Part shown: in pieces, positions 17,900 to 28,125 of the stretch | Layout of the letters: the number at the start of each line of letters is the position of its first letter | Numbering within the stretch: the first letter of the stretch is position 1 | Source: Phycisphaeraceae bacterium | GTDB lineage: Bacteria; Planctomycetota; Phycisphaerae; Phycisphaerales; UBA1924 | Direction of reading: 5' to 3' | Length of the DNA stretch: 64,000 nt | NCBI GenBank assembly: GCA_026128865.1 | Contig: JAHCJE010000001.1 | Span: 1,756-65,755, forward strand | The notes under the pieces: model-generated | Database searches by the model: none | What the model was told of the DNA's origin: nothing | Seen by the model: only the letters and a program-made list of their open reading frames with translations | Program-made: the position numbers and the translations under genes

Positions 17900-19575
17900 G
17901 CCGGGCGCCTGCTGTCGTCGGGCTGCATCGGGCGCACCGCGTGAGCGGCGTGACGGTGAGCGGCGCGCGCCTGGCGCGGCTGGCGGCATGCCCGGTGCGG
18001 CCGATGATCGTGGGCGCGGGCGTGACGATGCAGGACGCGGGCGCGACGCCGCTGACGGGCGCGCCGGGGTTGTCGCTGTGCGCGTGGCCGCAGGGCGCGG
18101 ACCCCGCGGCGCAGACGGTCGCGGTGCGTGGCGCGCTCCTGCACGCCGGCGCTCGGGTCGTCGTGCCGAACGATCTCGTGCAGGGGTTCGTCGCATGCTC
18201 GCTGTTGCGGCACCGGGGCGTGCGGTGCGCGGCGTGGTGCCACGGCAACGACCTGCTCGCCCGCGACCTCTACGAGCGGTGCCTGCCGCTGGCGGATTCG
18301 TGGCGGGCGGTGAGCGGGTCGGTGGCGCGCACGATCGCCCCCACGGGGGGGGGCACGCTGCCGTGCCCGATCGACGTGCCTCCCTCGCCCGCGCCGCCGA
18401 ACGGGCCTCGTCCGCTGCGGCTGCTCTACGCGGGGTGGCTGGACGGGATGAACAAGCGCGTGCTCGAGCTTGGCGCGCTGGCGGACGGCCTGCACGCGCG
18501 GGGGGTGGCGTTCGAGTTGACGGTGGTTGGCGACGGGCCGTCGCGGCAGGGACTGACGGATGTGCTGCGTGGGCACGCGGCGGCGAGGCGGGCGCGGCTC
18601 CTCGGCCATGTGCCGCTGGATCGCATGGCGGACCTGCACCGAGCGCACGATGTGCTGGTGCTTGTCAGCCGGAGCGAGGGATGGCCGATCGTCGTGATGG
18701 AGGCGATGGCGACGGGCCGCGCGGTGGCTATCACGGCCGGTTGCGGCGGGGCGGCGGAACTCGTGCGCGACGGCGTCGAGGGCGTGCTCGTGCCGGTGGG
18801 CGCGATGGACGAGTTGGCCGGGCGGCTGGCTTCGCTCGCGCGGGACCGCGGCGCGCTGGCGCGCATGGGCATCGCGGCGCACGCGGCCGCGCTTCGGTCG
18901 CTCGATGCGCGCGTGCTCGGGCCGCGGTTCGCGGCGTTCTTCAAGGAGGCCGCGGGTGCGCCGGACCGCTCGGAGGAGCGCTCGCCCGGCGCGATCGCCT
19001 CGCGGTGGGGCCGGATGCTCGGCGCGCTCGAACTGCTCGGAGATTGCCCTGCGCGGTCGCTCAGCGCGCTCGCCAGCGCGTGGCTGGAGGACATGAGTGT
19101 TCGCGGCTGGCGGGAGACCGAGGACGGCCTCGAACTGGAGCGCGGAGCGACGCTCGCGATACGCCTGCCGGACCTGCCGACGGCCGCGGACCGGCTGGTG
19201 CTGGATGCCGTGGCTCGGCTGACGCGGGGGGGGGTCGGGCGGATCGCGCTCTACGGCGCGGGCCGGCACACGCGGCGCGTGCGCCGGGCGGTGGAGCGTT
19301 CGCCCGCGATCGTGGCGATCCTCGACGACCGCGCGGAGGAGGCGGGCGGTCCGCCAGCGTCGCTGTTCGGCAGGCCGGTGGTCACGCCGCGCGAGGCGTC
19401 GCGGCTGGGCGTCGAGGCGGTGGTGATTTCGAGCGACGAGCACGAGCCGCTGCTGCTGCGCCGGGCCGGAGATTGGGCGGGGGAGCGGCCGGTGGTGCCG
19501 CTCTACGCGGCGGCGTGCGAGGGCGACGCGCTCGTGCCGTGCGCCGTGCCCGCTCCGCACTCGTTCTCGGCGTAG
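17896..19575 (+). CDS. Glycosyltransferase family 4 with C-terminal Rossmann-like domain
   Basis: LLYAGWLDGMNKR, EGWPIVVMEAMATG; C-terminal IALYGAGRHT...AILDD...VVISSD. Confidence 0.85.
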   Translation: MSRAPAVVGLHRAHRVSGVTVSGARLARLAACPVRPMIVGAGVTMQDAGATPLTGAPGLSLCAWPQGADPAAQTVAVRGALLHAGARVVVPNDLVQGFVACSLLRHRGVRCAAWCHGNDLLARDLYERCLPLADSWRAVSGSVARTIAPTGGGTLPCPIDVPPSPAPPNGPRPLRLLYAGWLDGMNKRVLELGALADGLHARGVAFELTVVGDGPSRQGLTDVLRGHAAARRARLLGHVPLDRMADLHRAHDVLVLVSRSEGWPIVVMEAMATGRAVAITAGCGGAAELVRDGVEGVLVPVGAMDELAGRLASLARDRGALARMGIAAHAAALRSLDARVLGPRFAAFFKEAAGAPDRSEERSPGAIASRWGRMLGALELLGDCPARSLSALASAWLEDMSVRGWRETEDGLELERGATLAIRLPDLPTAADRLVLDAVARLTRGGVGRIALYGAGRHTRRVRRAVERSPAIVAILDDRAEEAGGPPASLFGRPVVTPREASRLGVEAVVISSDEHEPLLLRRAGDWAGERPVVPLYAAACEGDALVPCAVPAPHSFSA

Positions 19576-20765
19576 AGCCGCCAGACGATGACGCCGCGCT
19601 GCCTGTGCGGGAGCGAGGCGCGCCAGACCTCGTCCTCCGCGCTGTCGGTGGAGATGAGGGCGTGCTCGCCGGGTCGGAGCGCGGAGGGGGGGGCGACGGT
19701 AAGTCCGTGGCGGGTCCGGCCGGCGAGGCGGTCGTCCACGAGGCCGGCGATCTCGACTCCCAGGTCGTGGGCGTGGGCGAGGAGCCAGGCGGTGTGCGCG
19801 CCCGCGCCCCAGAGGTGGACGCTGCGCACGCTCGCGGCCCGGAGCGTCGCGCCGACCTCTCGCACGCGGCTGCGCCGGCAGACGTTGATGGCGGCGCGCT
19901 CGGCGGGCGGGAATCGCCACGCGGTCCAGAGCCAGGCGAGCAGGGCGTCGCGCGTGGGGCCGCCGGCGCGGAGGTGGGCGGCGATGGCGTCGGCGCCGCG
20001 CGCGCGGTTGTCGGTGCGCGACATGGCGTCCGAGAGTGCGCCGGCGACGAACGCTGGATCGCCGGGGGGCAGCGCGGCCCAGCGTGCGGCGAGCAGGTCC
20101 GCGGCGGCGCGAGCCTGCTCTCTGGACGACGCAAACGCCAATGAGCCTGCTCGCTGGCGGTGCGTGTAGAGCGTCTCGGGGACGGCGGCGATGGGCGCGA
20201 TCGCGCTGAGTCGCAGCCAGAGGTCGTAGTCCTGGGCGCGCGTCCGGCGCGGGTCGTACCCGCCCGCCGCGAGCACGGCCGAACGGTGCATGAGCATCGA
20301 CCCGTGGGCCAGCGGGTTTTCGAGCAGCAGCCGCCAGCGCATCTCGAGGGCATCGGTCGGGGGACGGATCGTCGCCGTGACGCGCCCCTCCGCGTCGGTG
20401 AGATCCCACGCGCAGCCCACGGCAGCCAGAGTCGGCTCGGCTTCGAGGCGCGCGACCTGCACGGCGAGGCGGTTGGGCGGGCAGGCGTCGTCGGCGTCCA
20501 TGCGGGCGATCAGGTGGTGGCGGGCGTGCAGCAGGCCGGCGTTCAGGGCGGCCGCGAGGTTCGGGACCGGGCCGACGCGGATCGCCCGCGCGCGGGAGTC
20601 TGAGGCGGCGAGGTCGAAGGCCAGCCGCTCGGTCGGCGCATCGGAGCCGTTGAGGAGGATGAGGATGTCGAGGTCGGCGACGGTCTGGCGGGCGATGCAG
20701 GCGAAGGCCTCGGCGAGCCGGGCAGAGTCGGTAGCGACCGGGAGCAGCACGCTGACGGGCGGCAT
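19503..20765 (-). CDS. Glycosyltransferase family 2 with C-terminal Rossmann-like domain
   Basis: VSVLLPV, ALNAGL, IARMDADD, AQDYDLWLR; C-terminal VHLWGAGAHT...GLVDD. Confidence 0.88.
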   Translation of the reverse strand: MPPVSVLLPVATDSARLAEAFACIARQTVADLDILILLNGSDAPTERLAFDLAASDSRARAIRVGPVPNLAAALNAGLLHARHHLIARMDADDACPPNRLAVQVARLEAEPTLAAVGCAWDLTDAEGRVTATIRPPTDALEMRWRLLLENPLAHGSMLMHRSAVLAAGGYDPRRTRAQDYDLWLRLSAIAPIAAVPETLYTHRQRAGSLAFASSREQARAAADLLAARWAALPPGDPAFVAGALSDAMSRTDNRARGADAIAAHLRAGGPTRDALLAWLWTAWRFPPAERAAINVCRRSRVREVGATLRAASVRSVHLWGAGAHTAWLLAHAHDLGVEIAGLVDDRLAGRTRHGLTVAPPSALRPGEHALISTDSAEDEVWRASLPHRQRGVIVWRLYAENECGAGTAHGTSASPSHAAA

Positions 20766-20891
20766 GGGGGAGTCATCGGGTGTCGCCCGGCCCGTGGGCG
20801 AGAAAGGCAATCCGGCGGGAGACAAGGGGCGGATCGGCCGATAAGCGTGTAGGACGGGTGTGGGTGCGCGCCCGCCCCGCCGGAGGACGCC

Positions 20892-22271
20892 GTGCAGAGC
20901 CGAGTCGCCGACGCCCTGGTCTTCGTGCTCAGCGAGGGGACGCCGCTGTCGGCGTGGCGCGACCTCGGGATGCTCGAGCGCGAGTGGACGCTCGTCGAGC
21001 GGCTGGCGGGGGCGTTCGGACGGCTGATCGTGGTGAGCGACGGCGGGGCGGTGGACGCCGAGATCGCGCGGTCGCTGGCGTCGCCGTGCCCGGTCGAGTG
21101 TGTGTGCAACCGGGGCGGGGTCGAGCGGGCGGCGTGGCGGGCCGAGGCGGCGCGGCTGACGGCGGCGGCGGCCCGCGGGTGCGCGTCGGTCTATGCGCGG
21201 ACGAACCAGTTCGCGTCGGGCGAGCAGGCGCTCGCGGTGGCGGCGCGGCTGCGAGAGGCGGGCCTTCGGGTCGGGCTGGCGGCACGGGGGGGGTACCTGT
21301 GGTCGCGGTTCGAGGCGGCGGAGCACGGGCCGGAGTCGCGCATCGCGGCGGAGGTGGCGTCGCGCGAGGGTGAGATCGTGCGCGGGGCGGACGTGGTGAT
21401 CGGGACGTCGCCGCTGATGCTGGACGAGGTGTGCTGGCGCTACGGCGTGGCGGCGGCGCGGGCCGTGCTGATCCCGAACTTCGTGATCGACGACGAGCCG
21501 CCGGCGCGAGCGGGCGATCGGGCGCGCGGCACGGTGCTCTACGCGGGGCAGTTGGTGGCGCGCAAGCGTGTGGAGGTGCTGATCGAAGCGGCGGCGAGGG
21601 TGGCCGCGCCGCGGGGGCCGCTGGTGCGGCTGGACGTGGTGGGCGAGGGTCCGGAGGAGGGCGCGCTGCGGTCGCTGGCGAAGCGCCTCGGTGCGCCTGT
21701 GCGCTTCGAGCCGCGGGTGTCTCACCGCGAGCTGCTGGCGCGGATGCGCCGGTGCGCGGTGTACGCGCAGGCGTCGGCGTACGAGGGGCACCCGAAGACG
21801 GTGATCGAGGCGATGTGCACGGGCGCGCCGGTGATCGTGGCGGCCGCGCCGGGGCTGGATGCGCCCGTCGAGACGGGCGTGACCGGGCTGTGCGTGCCGG
21901 GCGACGCGGAGAGTTTCGCCCACGCGATCGGCGAACTGCTGCGGGACGCGGACTGGGCCGAGTCGCTCGGGTCGGCGGCAGCGGCGAGCGTGCGCCAGCG
22001 GCTGGGGCTGCGGGCGACGGTCGAGCGCGAGATCGAGGCGGCGCGCATGGCGATGGCGGGGGACCCTTCGGCGAGGGCCGCGCCGCCGCCCGTGCGGTGG
22101 GACGGCGCACTGCTCGGCGATGAGGCGTGCGCCGAGGCGTGGACGCGCAGCCTGCGCGGTTTCGCGGGGCGATTGCCGCCGGACCGGCGCGCGGCGTTCC
22201 TCGACGCCCTCGGACGCGAGGTCCGCTCGCTGCGCGCGGCACGCGACGGTTCAACGGAGGAAGCGGCATGA
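20892..22271 (+). CDS. Glycosyltransferase family 4
   Basis: VLYAGQLVARKRV, EGHPKTVIEAMCTG. Confidence 0.88.
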   Translation: MQSRVADALVFVLSEGTPLSAWRDLGMLEREWTLVERLAGAFGRLIVVSDGGAVDAEIARSLASPCPVECVCNRGGVERAAWRAEAARLTAAAARGCASVYARTNQFASGEQALAVAARLREAGLRVGLAARGGYLWSRFEAAEHGPESRIAAEVASREGEIVRGADVVIGTSPLMLDEVCWRYGVAAARAVLIPNFVIDDEPPARAGDRARGTVLYAGQLVARKRVEVLIEAAARVAAPRGPLVRLDVVGEGPEEGALRSLAKRLGAPVRFEPRVSHRELLARMRRCAVYAQASAYEGHPKTVIEAMCTGAPVIVAAAPGLDAPVETGVTGLCVPGDAESFAHAIGELLRDADWAESLGSAAAASVRQRLGLRATVEREIEAARMAMAGDPSARAAPPPVRWDGALLGDEACAEAWTRSLRGFAGRLPPDRRAAFLDALGREVRSLRAARDGSTEEAA

Positions 22272-23098
22272 CGACGATGACGCGAGCGAAGCCCGTGGTG
22301 GTGGAGGTGGGCACGCCGGCGCGCGACCCGACCGACTTCTGCCTGCCGCGCGGCTACCGGCAGGGCGTGCGCAACGAGAGCCTCGACCACACGGGCGAGT
22401 ACCCGGACTACTGGCACCCGGCGCGGCTGGCCATGAGCGGACGCTACCAGCGGCACGTCTACCGCTGGGCGGCGGGGCTGATCCTGCGGCGCGGGCTGCG
22501 GAGCGTGCTGGACGTCGGGTGCGGGCCGGGCACGAAACTCGCCGAGTGGATCGAGCCGGTGTGCGCCGACGTCGAGGGGATGGACCAGCCGAGCGCGGTC
22601 GAGATCGCGCGGACGCGGTGCCGGCACACGCGGCTGCGCCCGGTGGACCTCGAACGCCCGGCGGTCGAGGCGCAGCGGACGTTCGATCTCATCCTGTTCG
22701 CGGACGTGGTCGAGCACCTGCTGGACCCGGACCCCGCGCTGGCGATGATCCGCTCGTTCGCGCACCCGCGGACGCTCGTGCTGGTCTCGACGCCGGATCG
22801 CGACCGGGTGCGCGGGCGCGGCTGCCGCGAGGCGGTGAAGCGAGAGCACGTGCGCGAGTGGTCGCGGGGTGAGTTCCTGTCGTTCCTTCGCTCGCGCGGG
22901 CTGCGGCCTGTTCGCAGCCGGCTCGTGCCCCAGGACGATCGGCCGGTGCGCTCGTGCCTTCGCGGCGAGGCGGCGTTCCGTCTGCGGCTGGCGGACCGGT
23001 CCGCGTTGCAGTGCCACGCCGTGCTGTGCCGCGTCGAGGGCGCGGGGCGCGCGGACGCGACGAATGGAGGCAGCCATGCGGATCGCCGCGATCTCTGA
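22268..23098 (+). CDS. Class I SAM-dependent methyltransferase
   Basis: VLDVGCGPG, FDLILFADVVEHL, VSTP, EHVREW; ATGA coupling. Confidence 0.9.
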   Translation: MTTMTRAKPVVVEVGTPARDPTDFCLPRGYRQGVRNESLDHTGEYPDYWHPARLAMSGRYQRHVYRWAAGLILRRGLRSVLDVGCGPGTKLAEWIEPVCADVEGMDQPSAVEIARTRCRHTRLRPVDLERPAVEAQRTFDLILFADVVEHLLDPDPALAMIRSFAHPRTLVLVSTPDRDRVRGRGCREAVKREHVREWSRGEFLSFLRSRGLRPVRSRLVPQDDRPVRSCLRGEAAFRLRLADRSALQCHAVLCRVEGAGRADATNGGSHADRRDL

Positions 23099-24227
23099 CC
23101 TGGCGCCCGGGAGCCACCGGGCGTACGCGATCAACGTGGTGAAGACCTGCGGCGGGTTCGTGCGCCTCGGGCACGAGGTGACCGTCTTCTGCCGCGTGCC
23201 GGAGCGCGGGTGGAGCCTGGCGTCGGCGGCGAACGCCTACGCCGAGCCGCGGGTGCGCTTCGAGTGCGCCGACCTGCCGGACCAGCGCGACGAACTGCTG
23301 GTGAACGGGGCGTACCTGCGCGAGTTCGCGGGGTGGGCGGCGGAGCGGATCGCGCGCGAGGGGTTCGACCTCGTGTACGCCCGGCACTGCCGCGGCGCGC
23401 TGGCGTGCGCCGAGCGGGGCATCCCGACCGTGCTGGAGACGCACCTGGACATCGACGGCGATGCGCTGGGGGGCATCTCCGCGCTGCGCGCCGTGGGGCG
23501 GGCCGAGCGGCCGATCCTCGCGTGCGTGACGATCTCGCCCGTGCTGGCGGAGAAGTACGTTTCGCTGGGCGCGGCGGCGGATCGCGTGACCATCGTGCCG
23601 GACGCGGTGGACACGGAGTTGTTCGGTCCGCCGGAGGATGTGGGCGTGTCGCCTTATGACGCCTGGCCGGGGCCGCACGCGGTGTACGCGGGGCACCTGT
23701 ACGCGTACAAGGGCGTGGGGACGCTGCTTCGTGCGGCGTCGCTGATGGACGACGTGACGGTGCACCTCGTCGGCGGGACGGACGGGGACGTGCTGGCGGC
23801 GCGCCGGTCGGCGGCGTCGCTCGGCTTGCGGAACGTGGACGTGCGCGGGCGCGTGGCGTTCAGCCGCGTCCCGCCGCACCTGTGGCACGCGGACGTGCTG
23901 GTGCTGCCGCCGAGCGGGAAGCACCCGTCGGCGGCGTGGACCAGCCCGGTGAAACTGGGCGAGTACCTGGCGTCGGGGCGGCCGATCGTGGCGTCGGACG
24001 TGCCCGCGCTGCGCGCACTGGTGCGCGAGCCGGCGGTGCGGTGGTTCACGCCGGACGACCCGGCGGACCTGGCTCGGGCGGTGCGGTGCGCGCTGGGCGA
24101 GTCCGATCAGGAGGCCGCGGTCCGCGTCGAGGCCGCGCGTGCCCTTGCCGAGCGGTACTCATACGTCAACCGTGCCCGCGCTATCCTGCGTGCTGTCGGC
24201 GCAGGTGAAGGGGCGAGGGCGGCGTAG
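23076..24227 (+). CDS. Glycosyltransferase family 4
   Basis: VYAGHLYAYKG, TSPVKLGEYLASGRPIVASD. Confidence 0.9.
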   Translation: MRIAAISDLAPGSHRAYAINVVKTCGGFVRLGHEVTVFCRVPERGWSLASAANAYAEPRVRFECADLPDQRDELLVNGAYLREFAGWAAERIAREGFDLVYARHCRGALACAERGIPTVLETHLDIDGDALGGISALRAVGRAERPILACVTISPVLAEKYVSLGAAADRVTIVPDAVDTELFGPPEDVGVSPYDAWPGPHAVYAGHLYAYKGVGTLLRAASLMDDVTVHLVGGTDGDVLAARRSAASLGLRNVDVRGRVAFSRVPPHLWHADVLVLPPSGKHPSAAWTSPVKLGEYLASGRPIVASDVPALRALVREPAVRWFTPDDPADLARAVRCALGESDQEAAVRVEAARALAERYSYVNRARAILRAVGAGEGARAA

Positions 24228-24468
24228 CGGGCACGACGCCATGCAACGGAACGACGGAATGCCCTCCTCTGCCGGGGTCGGGCTTGTCAACTGCGAACGA
24301 GGGCGTTCGTCCCGCTCGGCCACGGCTGGCCACTTCGTGGCGTGAGAGATCACCAGTGGCTCTGTGCGGACCCGATCCATCCCTTTCCCAGGATGTCAGT
24401 GGCTGGTATCGTTTTTGCAATCGAGTGGGTCTCCGGGGCGTCCGTGCCCGCGTTCCTGGGAGGCTCCG

Positions 24469-25466
24469 ATGCACCGTCTCGCCACCCTGCTTGTGCTGGC
24501 TGCATGCTCGGCCGCGCTGGCGCAGCAGTACCAGGCATATGTCACCCCTGCGCTCTCGCAATACGGGATCCCTGAGTCGTACCCGAGAGACCTGAACGTC
24601 CACAGCCTCGCCGTCGGATTCATGACGTACACGACCGAGGATGCGGGCGGCAACGACCACACCACTTACCACGGTTTCTCGTGGGCTCCGGAGGGCGGTC
24701 CTCGCGTTCATCCGACTCCGTCCAGCTCTACCGGCATCAACGACGAGGGCGACATCCTCGCGCACAGCACGTTCTATTACTTCGACAACTGCGTCGGGAA
24801 GATGCATCCGATCCCTGGTGACCTCGCCGTCAACGAAGCAGCCATCAACAACGTCGGTGTTGTCACGGGCACCTTGACCTACCGCTCCTACGGTGACTGT
24901 ACCTACGCGCGGCGCGCGATCGCATGGACTCTCGCTGGCGGGAGGGCCAACCGCGAGTTCGTCGTTCCTGCTGCCGCGGTCGGCCGCGACGTCAATGGCG
25001 CAAACGAAGTGGTTGGTGTCGCAACCTCTTCCGGCTCCTGCGGCGACTTCGAGGCCCTTCTCTATCGTGCCGACAACGACCAGTGGATCGATCTTCACGC
25101 CATGCTCACCGGCGGCGGCTACGGCATCACCGAGGCTGTCGCCGTCAACAACCTCGGGCAGGTCGTTGGTGAAGGGTGGAACGGGTCGTTCGGGGTCGCC
25201 TGGCTCTGGGACGAGTTCGAAGGTTTCACGTTCCGCTCCGCGCTCAAGAGCGGCGATCGCGATCGTGTCACGCCCTTCGACGTGAACAACGTCGGTACGG
25301 TCATCGGGACTGCCGCGACGGGCATTGGGGTCCGCTCTGGGGACCGGCCGTCGCCTTCGCCATCGTCCCCACAGCCGTCCCTTGCTCCGCCGACTTCGAC
25401 GGCGACGGTGCGATCAACACTCAGGACGTGCTGGCGTTTCTGAATGCGTACGCGGCGGGGTGCTAG
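24469..25466 (+). pseudogene. Secreted HAF-type repeat protein with GC-type dockerin tail out of frame
   Basis: Signal peptide and IN/VNxxGxVVG repeats in the frame of ORF 24364..25443; dockerin CSADFDGDGAINTQDVLAFLNAYAAGC in another frame ending 25466; switch near 25320. Confidence 0.72.
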
Positions 25467-25489
25467 GCCCCGCTGCCTGGAGGATTCCG

Positions 25490-26806
25490 ATGGCTGCGTT
25501 CCGCTGGTCTGTGGCGAGTGTGGCGGTTCTTGTCGGCACGGTGTCGCATGCGCAGACGATGTGCGGCGAGTGGGTCGCGTGGCCGACGGACTCGCCGGGG
25601 TCGGTGAGCAGCATCCTGTACGACGTGGCCTTCACGGCGCCGCTGGCAGGGCTGGCGGTTGGGAGTTGGAACAGCGGTCTGGGTCCGCAGCCGCTGGTGC
25701 AGGAGTGGAACGGCGCGGGCTGGTCGGGTCTCGGGCTGCCCGACACCTCGGGGCTGGGCACGAGGCCGCAGGTCGATGGAGTTGGTCTGGCCGGCGGCGA
25801 CGTGTGGGTCGTCGGCAATGTGACGACGGTGTACCCGACGAACAACATGCCGCTGGTGATGCGTCGGCATGGTGGCGGGTGGGATCGCGTAGGGACACCC
25901 GCGCTGCGCAAGCAGAACACGTACCCGTTCGCCGATCGCGGCGGGTTCGCGCAGGACGTTGCGGGCGTCGCGCCGGACGACGTGTGGGTGGTCGGCACGG
26001 CGGCGGGGTACGGCGACGGGTCGGCGACGAGCGTCGCGATGGCGCTTCACTTCGACGGGAGCGGCTGGGTGGACGTCGCCGTGCCGATCGCGGGGAATCG
26101 GGCCAATGCGCTCGAGTGCGTCTCTGCGAGCGCGCCGGACAACGTGTGGGCGGTCGGGTACTGGCGGAACATCGCGCAGGCGTACCAGGGCCTCGTCGTG
26201 CGCTGGGACGGCTCGGCGTGGCACGTCGTGCCGAATCCGGGCGAGGGTCCGGCGGGTGGCGATGCCGTCGCGGTGATCGCGTTTGCGCCGAACGACGTCT
26301 GGGTTTCGGGCAACTTCAACGGCGGTGCCGACCACCTGATCCACTGGGACGGATCGTCGTGGGAAGCGGCCGGGGTGGACCTCCCCGGCCCGTTCGCCGC
26401 GTTCGCCGCGACCGGGCCGACGGATGTCTGGGGGAGTTGCGCGGTCAACGCGACGATCTACCACTACGACGGGTCGTCATGGACACCCGCCGGCGGGCCT
26501 GACATCCCGGGGTCGGCGTACGTGCTGCGGGGCTGGGGCCTGGCCGCGATCGGGCCGTGCGAGTCGTGGTCGGTGGGCGCGTGGTCGGACGGCGTCGTGC
26601 AGCGGACCCTGGCTGAGAGGCTGACACCGGGGGGCTGCGCGGCCGACTTCAACGGCGACGGTGCGGTGAACACGCTGGACGTGCTGGCGTTCCTGAACGC
26701 GTTCACGTCCGGCGATGCGAGGGCGGACTTCAACGGCGACACGGTGATCAACACGCTGGACGTGCTGGCGTTTCTGAACGCCTTTGCGGCCGGATGCGGA
26801 GGATGA
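25490..26806 (+). CDS. Secreted beta-propeller-like protein with GC-type dockerin anchor
   Basis: Signal peptide; repeated DVWVVG...HFDGSGW/WDGSAW; C-terminal CAADFNGDG..NTLDVLAFLNA x2 ending GC. Confidence 0.85.
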   Translation: MAAFRWSVASVAVLVGTVSHAQTMCGEWVAWPTDSPGSVSSILYDVAFTAPLAGLAVGSWNSGLGPQPLVQEWNGAGWSGLGLPDTSGLGTRPQVDGVGLAGGDVWVVGNVTTVYPTNNMPLVMRRHGGGWDRVGTPALRKQNTYPFADRGGFAQDVAGVAPDDVWVVGTAAGYGDGSATSVAMALHFDGSGWVDVAVPIAGNRANALECVSASAPDNVWAVGYWRNIAQAYQGLVVRWDGSAWHVVPNPGEGPAGGDAVAVIAFAPNDVWVSGNFNGGADHLIHWDGSSWEAAGVDLPGPFAAFAATGPTDVWGSCAVNATIYHYDGSSWTPAGGPDIPGSAYVLRGWGLAAIGPCESWSVGAWSDGVVQRTLAERLTPGGCAADFNGDGAVNTLDVLAFLNAFTSGDARADFNGDTVINTLDVLAFLNAFAAGCGG

Positions 26807-28013
26807 CCGCCCGGGGACGATCACGATTGTTGCGCCTGGACGGTGGGACTCAGAGAAAGGACCAGATCATGCTTGCGCGTCTGACGATGGTGATGGTGGC
26901 GTCGGTGAGCGCCGCGGCGTTCGGCGGCGATGTCGGCACGTACCGGGTGGACTGCCTGGGCGCGGGGTGGACGGGCACCGGGATCAACGAATCCGGCGAG
27001 GTGTGCGGGAACGTCTCGCCGGACGGCACGTCGGTGCTGGCGGGGGTGTCGCGCGGCGGGCTGCCGTTCGAGTTTCTTCCTCTACCCGAGGGGATGCAGA
27101 CGTCGCGCGCGCACGACATCAACGACGCGGGCGTGATCGTCGGGGCGGTCTGCCCGAACCAGTACGTCATCACGCAGCCGATCGCGGCGGTGTGGAGGCC
27201 GGGCGCGGGGGGGTACACGGTGGAGGTGCTGGGCACGCTGCCCGGACTGCCCTACAGCGCGGCGTATGCGATCAACAACCTGGGCGACATCGTGGGTGGG
27301 TCCGGGTACTTCGGGTGGAGCCTGACGTCGGGGACGCTGTTCGGGGAGGATGGACCCGAGGCGTTGCCGGAGGGGATGATCGGCGTGGACGTCAACGACG
27401 AGCGGGTCGTGCTGACGGGCGCTCGGCTGCTGGACCTGGACACCGGCCAGGTCGTGGAGACGCCGCTGCCCCCGGGCAACTGGCAGGGCTTCGCAGGCGC
27501 TGCGCTCAACAACGGCAACGACTTCTGCGGCTACATCGTCGGGTACTCCGGTTGCAGCACGTTCCCGATGCGGTACCGGCAGGGCGTGGGGTGGGAGTTC
27601 CTCGGGGGGTGCGCGACGACGACCAGCGCGACGGCGATCAATGACCGCGGCGACGCGCTGCTCTACTACTACATGACGACCTCCGGCGTCCACTTCAATC
27701 CCGAGGGCTACTTCCCGATCGGGAGCCTGATCGACGCCTCGCAGGGGGAGTGGTACGTGCAGTACGGCGGGGCGAACGGGATCAACAACTCGCGCCAGAT
27801 CGTCGCCGCGGCCCGGGACGGCGCGAACGGCCCGATTTGCGCCGTGCTGCTCACGCCCATGAACGACTGCCCGGCGGACTTCAGCGGGGACACGGTGGTG
27901 AACACGCTGGACGTGCTGGCGTTCCTGAACGCGTACTCCGCGGGAGATCCGCGGGCGGACTTCAACGGCGACACGGTGATCAACACGCTGGACGTGCTGG
28001 CGTTTCTGAACGC
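26721..28013 (+). repeat. 61-bp identical direct repeat in the dockerin tails (26721-26781 and 27953-28013)
   Basis: GGGCGGACTTCAACGGCGACACGGTGATCAACACGCTGGACGTGCTGGCGTTTCTGAACGC present in both genes. Confidence 0.85.
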
Positions 28014-28032
28014 GTACGCGGGGGGGTGCTGA
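26869..28032 (+). CDS. Secreted HAF-type repeat protein with GC-type dockerin anchor
   Basis: Signal peptide; GINESG/DINDAG/AINNLG repeats; C-terminal CPADFSGD..NTLDVLAFLNA x2 ending GGC. Confidence 0.85.
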   Translation: MLARLTMVMVASVSAAAFGGDVGTYRVDCLGAGWTGTGINESGEVCGNVSPDGTSVLAGVSRGGLPFEFLPLPEGMQTSRAHDINDAGVIVGAVCPNQYVITQPIAAVWRPGAGGYTVEVLGTLPGLPYSAAYAINNLGDIVGGSGYFGWSLTSGTLFGEDGPEALPEGMIGVDVNDERVVLTGARLLDLDTGQVVETPLPPGNWQGFAGAALNNGNDFCGYIVGYSGCSTFPMRYRQGVGWEFLGGCATTTSATAINDRGDALLYYYMTTSGVHFNPEGYFPIGSLIDASQGEWYVQYGGANGINNSRQIVAAARDGANGPICAVLLTPMNDCPADFSGDTVVNTLDVLAFLNAYSAGDPRADFNGDTVINTLDVLAFLNAYAGGC

Positions 28033-28125
28033 GGGAGGGTGCGTTAGCCGGCGCGTGACATAGGATGGGCGTCTCGCCGACGTGGTGGTTGTGCCGCTCG
28101 GTGGGCTGGACGGAGTGGCTCGCGC

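Noticed and set aside
24228-24468. Possible riboswitch or ncRNA in larger intergenic gaps (also 35374-35592, 57795-58030)
   Set aside because: No recognisable conserved motif by eye; an Rfam/Infernal scan would be needed
26630-28032. Repeated ~60-bp units as a possible CRISPR array
   Set aside because: They are in-frame coding dockerin repeats; no unique spacers and no cas genes
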